A stretch of DNA of 64,000 bases from Antedon mediterranea (taxonomy: Eukaryota; Animalia; Echinodermata). Position numbers and translations under genes: made by a program. A model generated the notes under the pieces. It did not search any database, had not been told where the DNA came from, and was given only the letters and a program-made list of their open reading frames with translations. Position 1 is the first letter of the stretch, and each line of letters starts with the position of its first letter. This document shows positions 63,446-64,000 of the stretch, one piece after another. The stretch is taken from contig NC_092677.1 of assembly GCF_964355755.1 (NCBI RefSeq), positions 19,242,101 to 19,306,100 of the forward strand. Direction: 5' to 3'.

Positions 63446-63600
63446 AAGTGGTGTAATGCAGGGGGAAAAAGGCCCCTGGTTTAGCACTCCTAAGGGCCCT
63501 CCAACACTGGGTAGTTGCATTGGGGATGCTCATGCTCTGATGCACCTTAAGCCTTGGGGCCCTGGGTTTCTCCAGTGACCACATAGCCGTTATGCCACTG
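63446..63600. mobile_element. hAT-type MITE downstream of the ELMO stop codon
   Basis: AAGTGGTGTAATG / CGTTATGCCACTG ends; 8-bp TSD TTTCTAAC at 63438-63445 and 63601-63608. Confidence 0.75.
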
Positions 63601-64000
63601 TTTCTAACATACACAATTGTTATAAATCAGGCTATATACTGTACATAGTGGACATTATAGGCTCATTTAATTGAAAACAAGAGGACCACAGAACAGTTTC
63701 TTTATATTATACAAAACAGATATTATCTTTATGGACAATTTACTTTATAAATGTTTTTGTCTAAGATTCTGTTGCTTAAGATTGCCATTTTATGTTTAAT
63801 TATGTGCAATTTTTTTCTTATTTCAATGACAGTTTTAGTACAGTGTGAAAATATTTTTTCATTAATTTTGATACCAAATTAAAATTGTCCTAAATTGTTA
63901 TACATTATTTCAAATACATTTTGTAGCCTTTAAATTTTGTAAATCAATGCTTTATTTAAATTCAAATAGAAAATAGTTGAAATATTGTATGTTCTGAATG

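Overview
AT-rich, intron-containing animal genomic DNA, probably a marine invertebrate; the taxon cannot be fixed from sequence alone. Four spliced protein genes were reconstructed by hand from GT-AG boundaries and reading-frame phase. They are mitochondrial D-lactate dehydrogenase LDHD (minus strand, 3' part runs off the window), a divergent TIN2/TINF2-like shelterin gene (plus), a cathepsin A / serine carboxypeptidase S10 gene (minus) and an ELMO/CED-12 gene (plus), arranged as two head-to-head pairs. Introns and intergenic DNA are dense with mobile DNA: a young 5'-truncated Penelope-like element with inverted pLTRs, Deu-domain SINEs including a 5S+tRNA+CORE-like+Deu composite, LINE 3' ends, and TIR elements with visible target-site duplications (Zator-, Ginger-, MULE-, Merlin-, P-, Sola3-, hAT-, Harbinger- and Academ-like). 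Several very homogeneous tandem arrays are also present. The most unusual structure is a 3.5-kb array of about 78 copies of a 45-bp unit made of the last 15 nt of an LDHD exon plus its own 5' splice site; the first copies stay in frame with the enzyme. Most long ORFs in the supplied track are repeat artefacts. Transposon superfamily labels rest on end and TSD signatures plus recalled motifs, not database searches.
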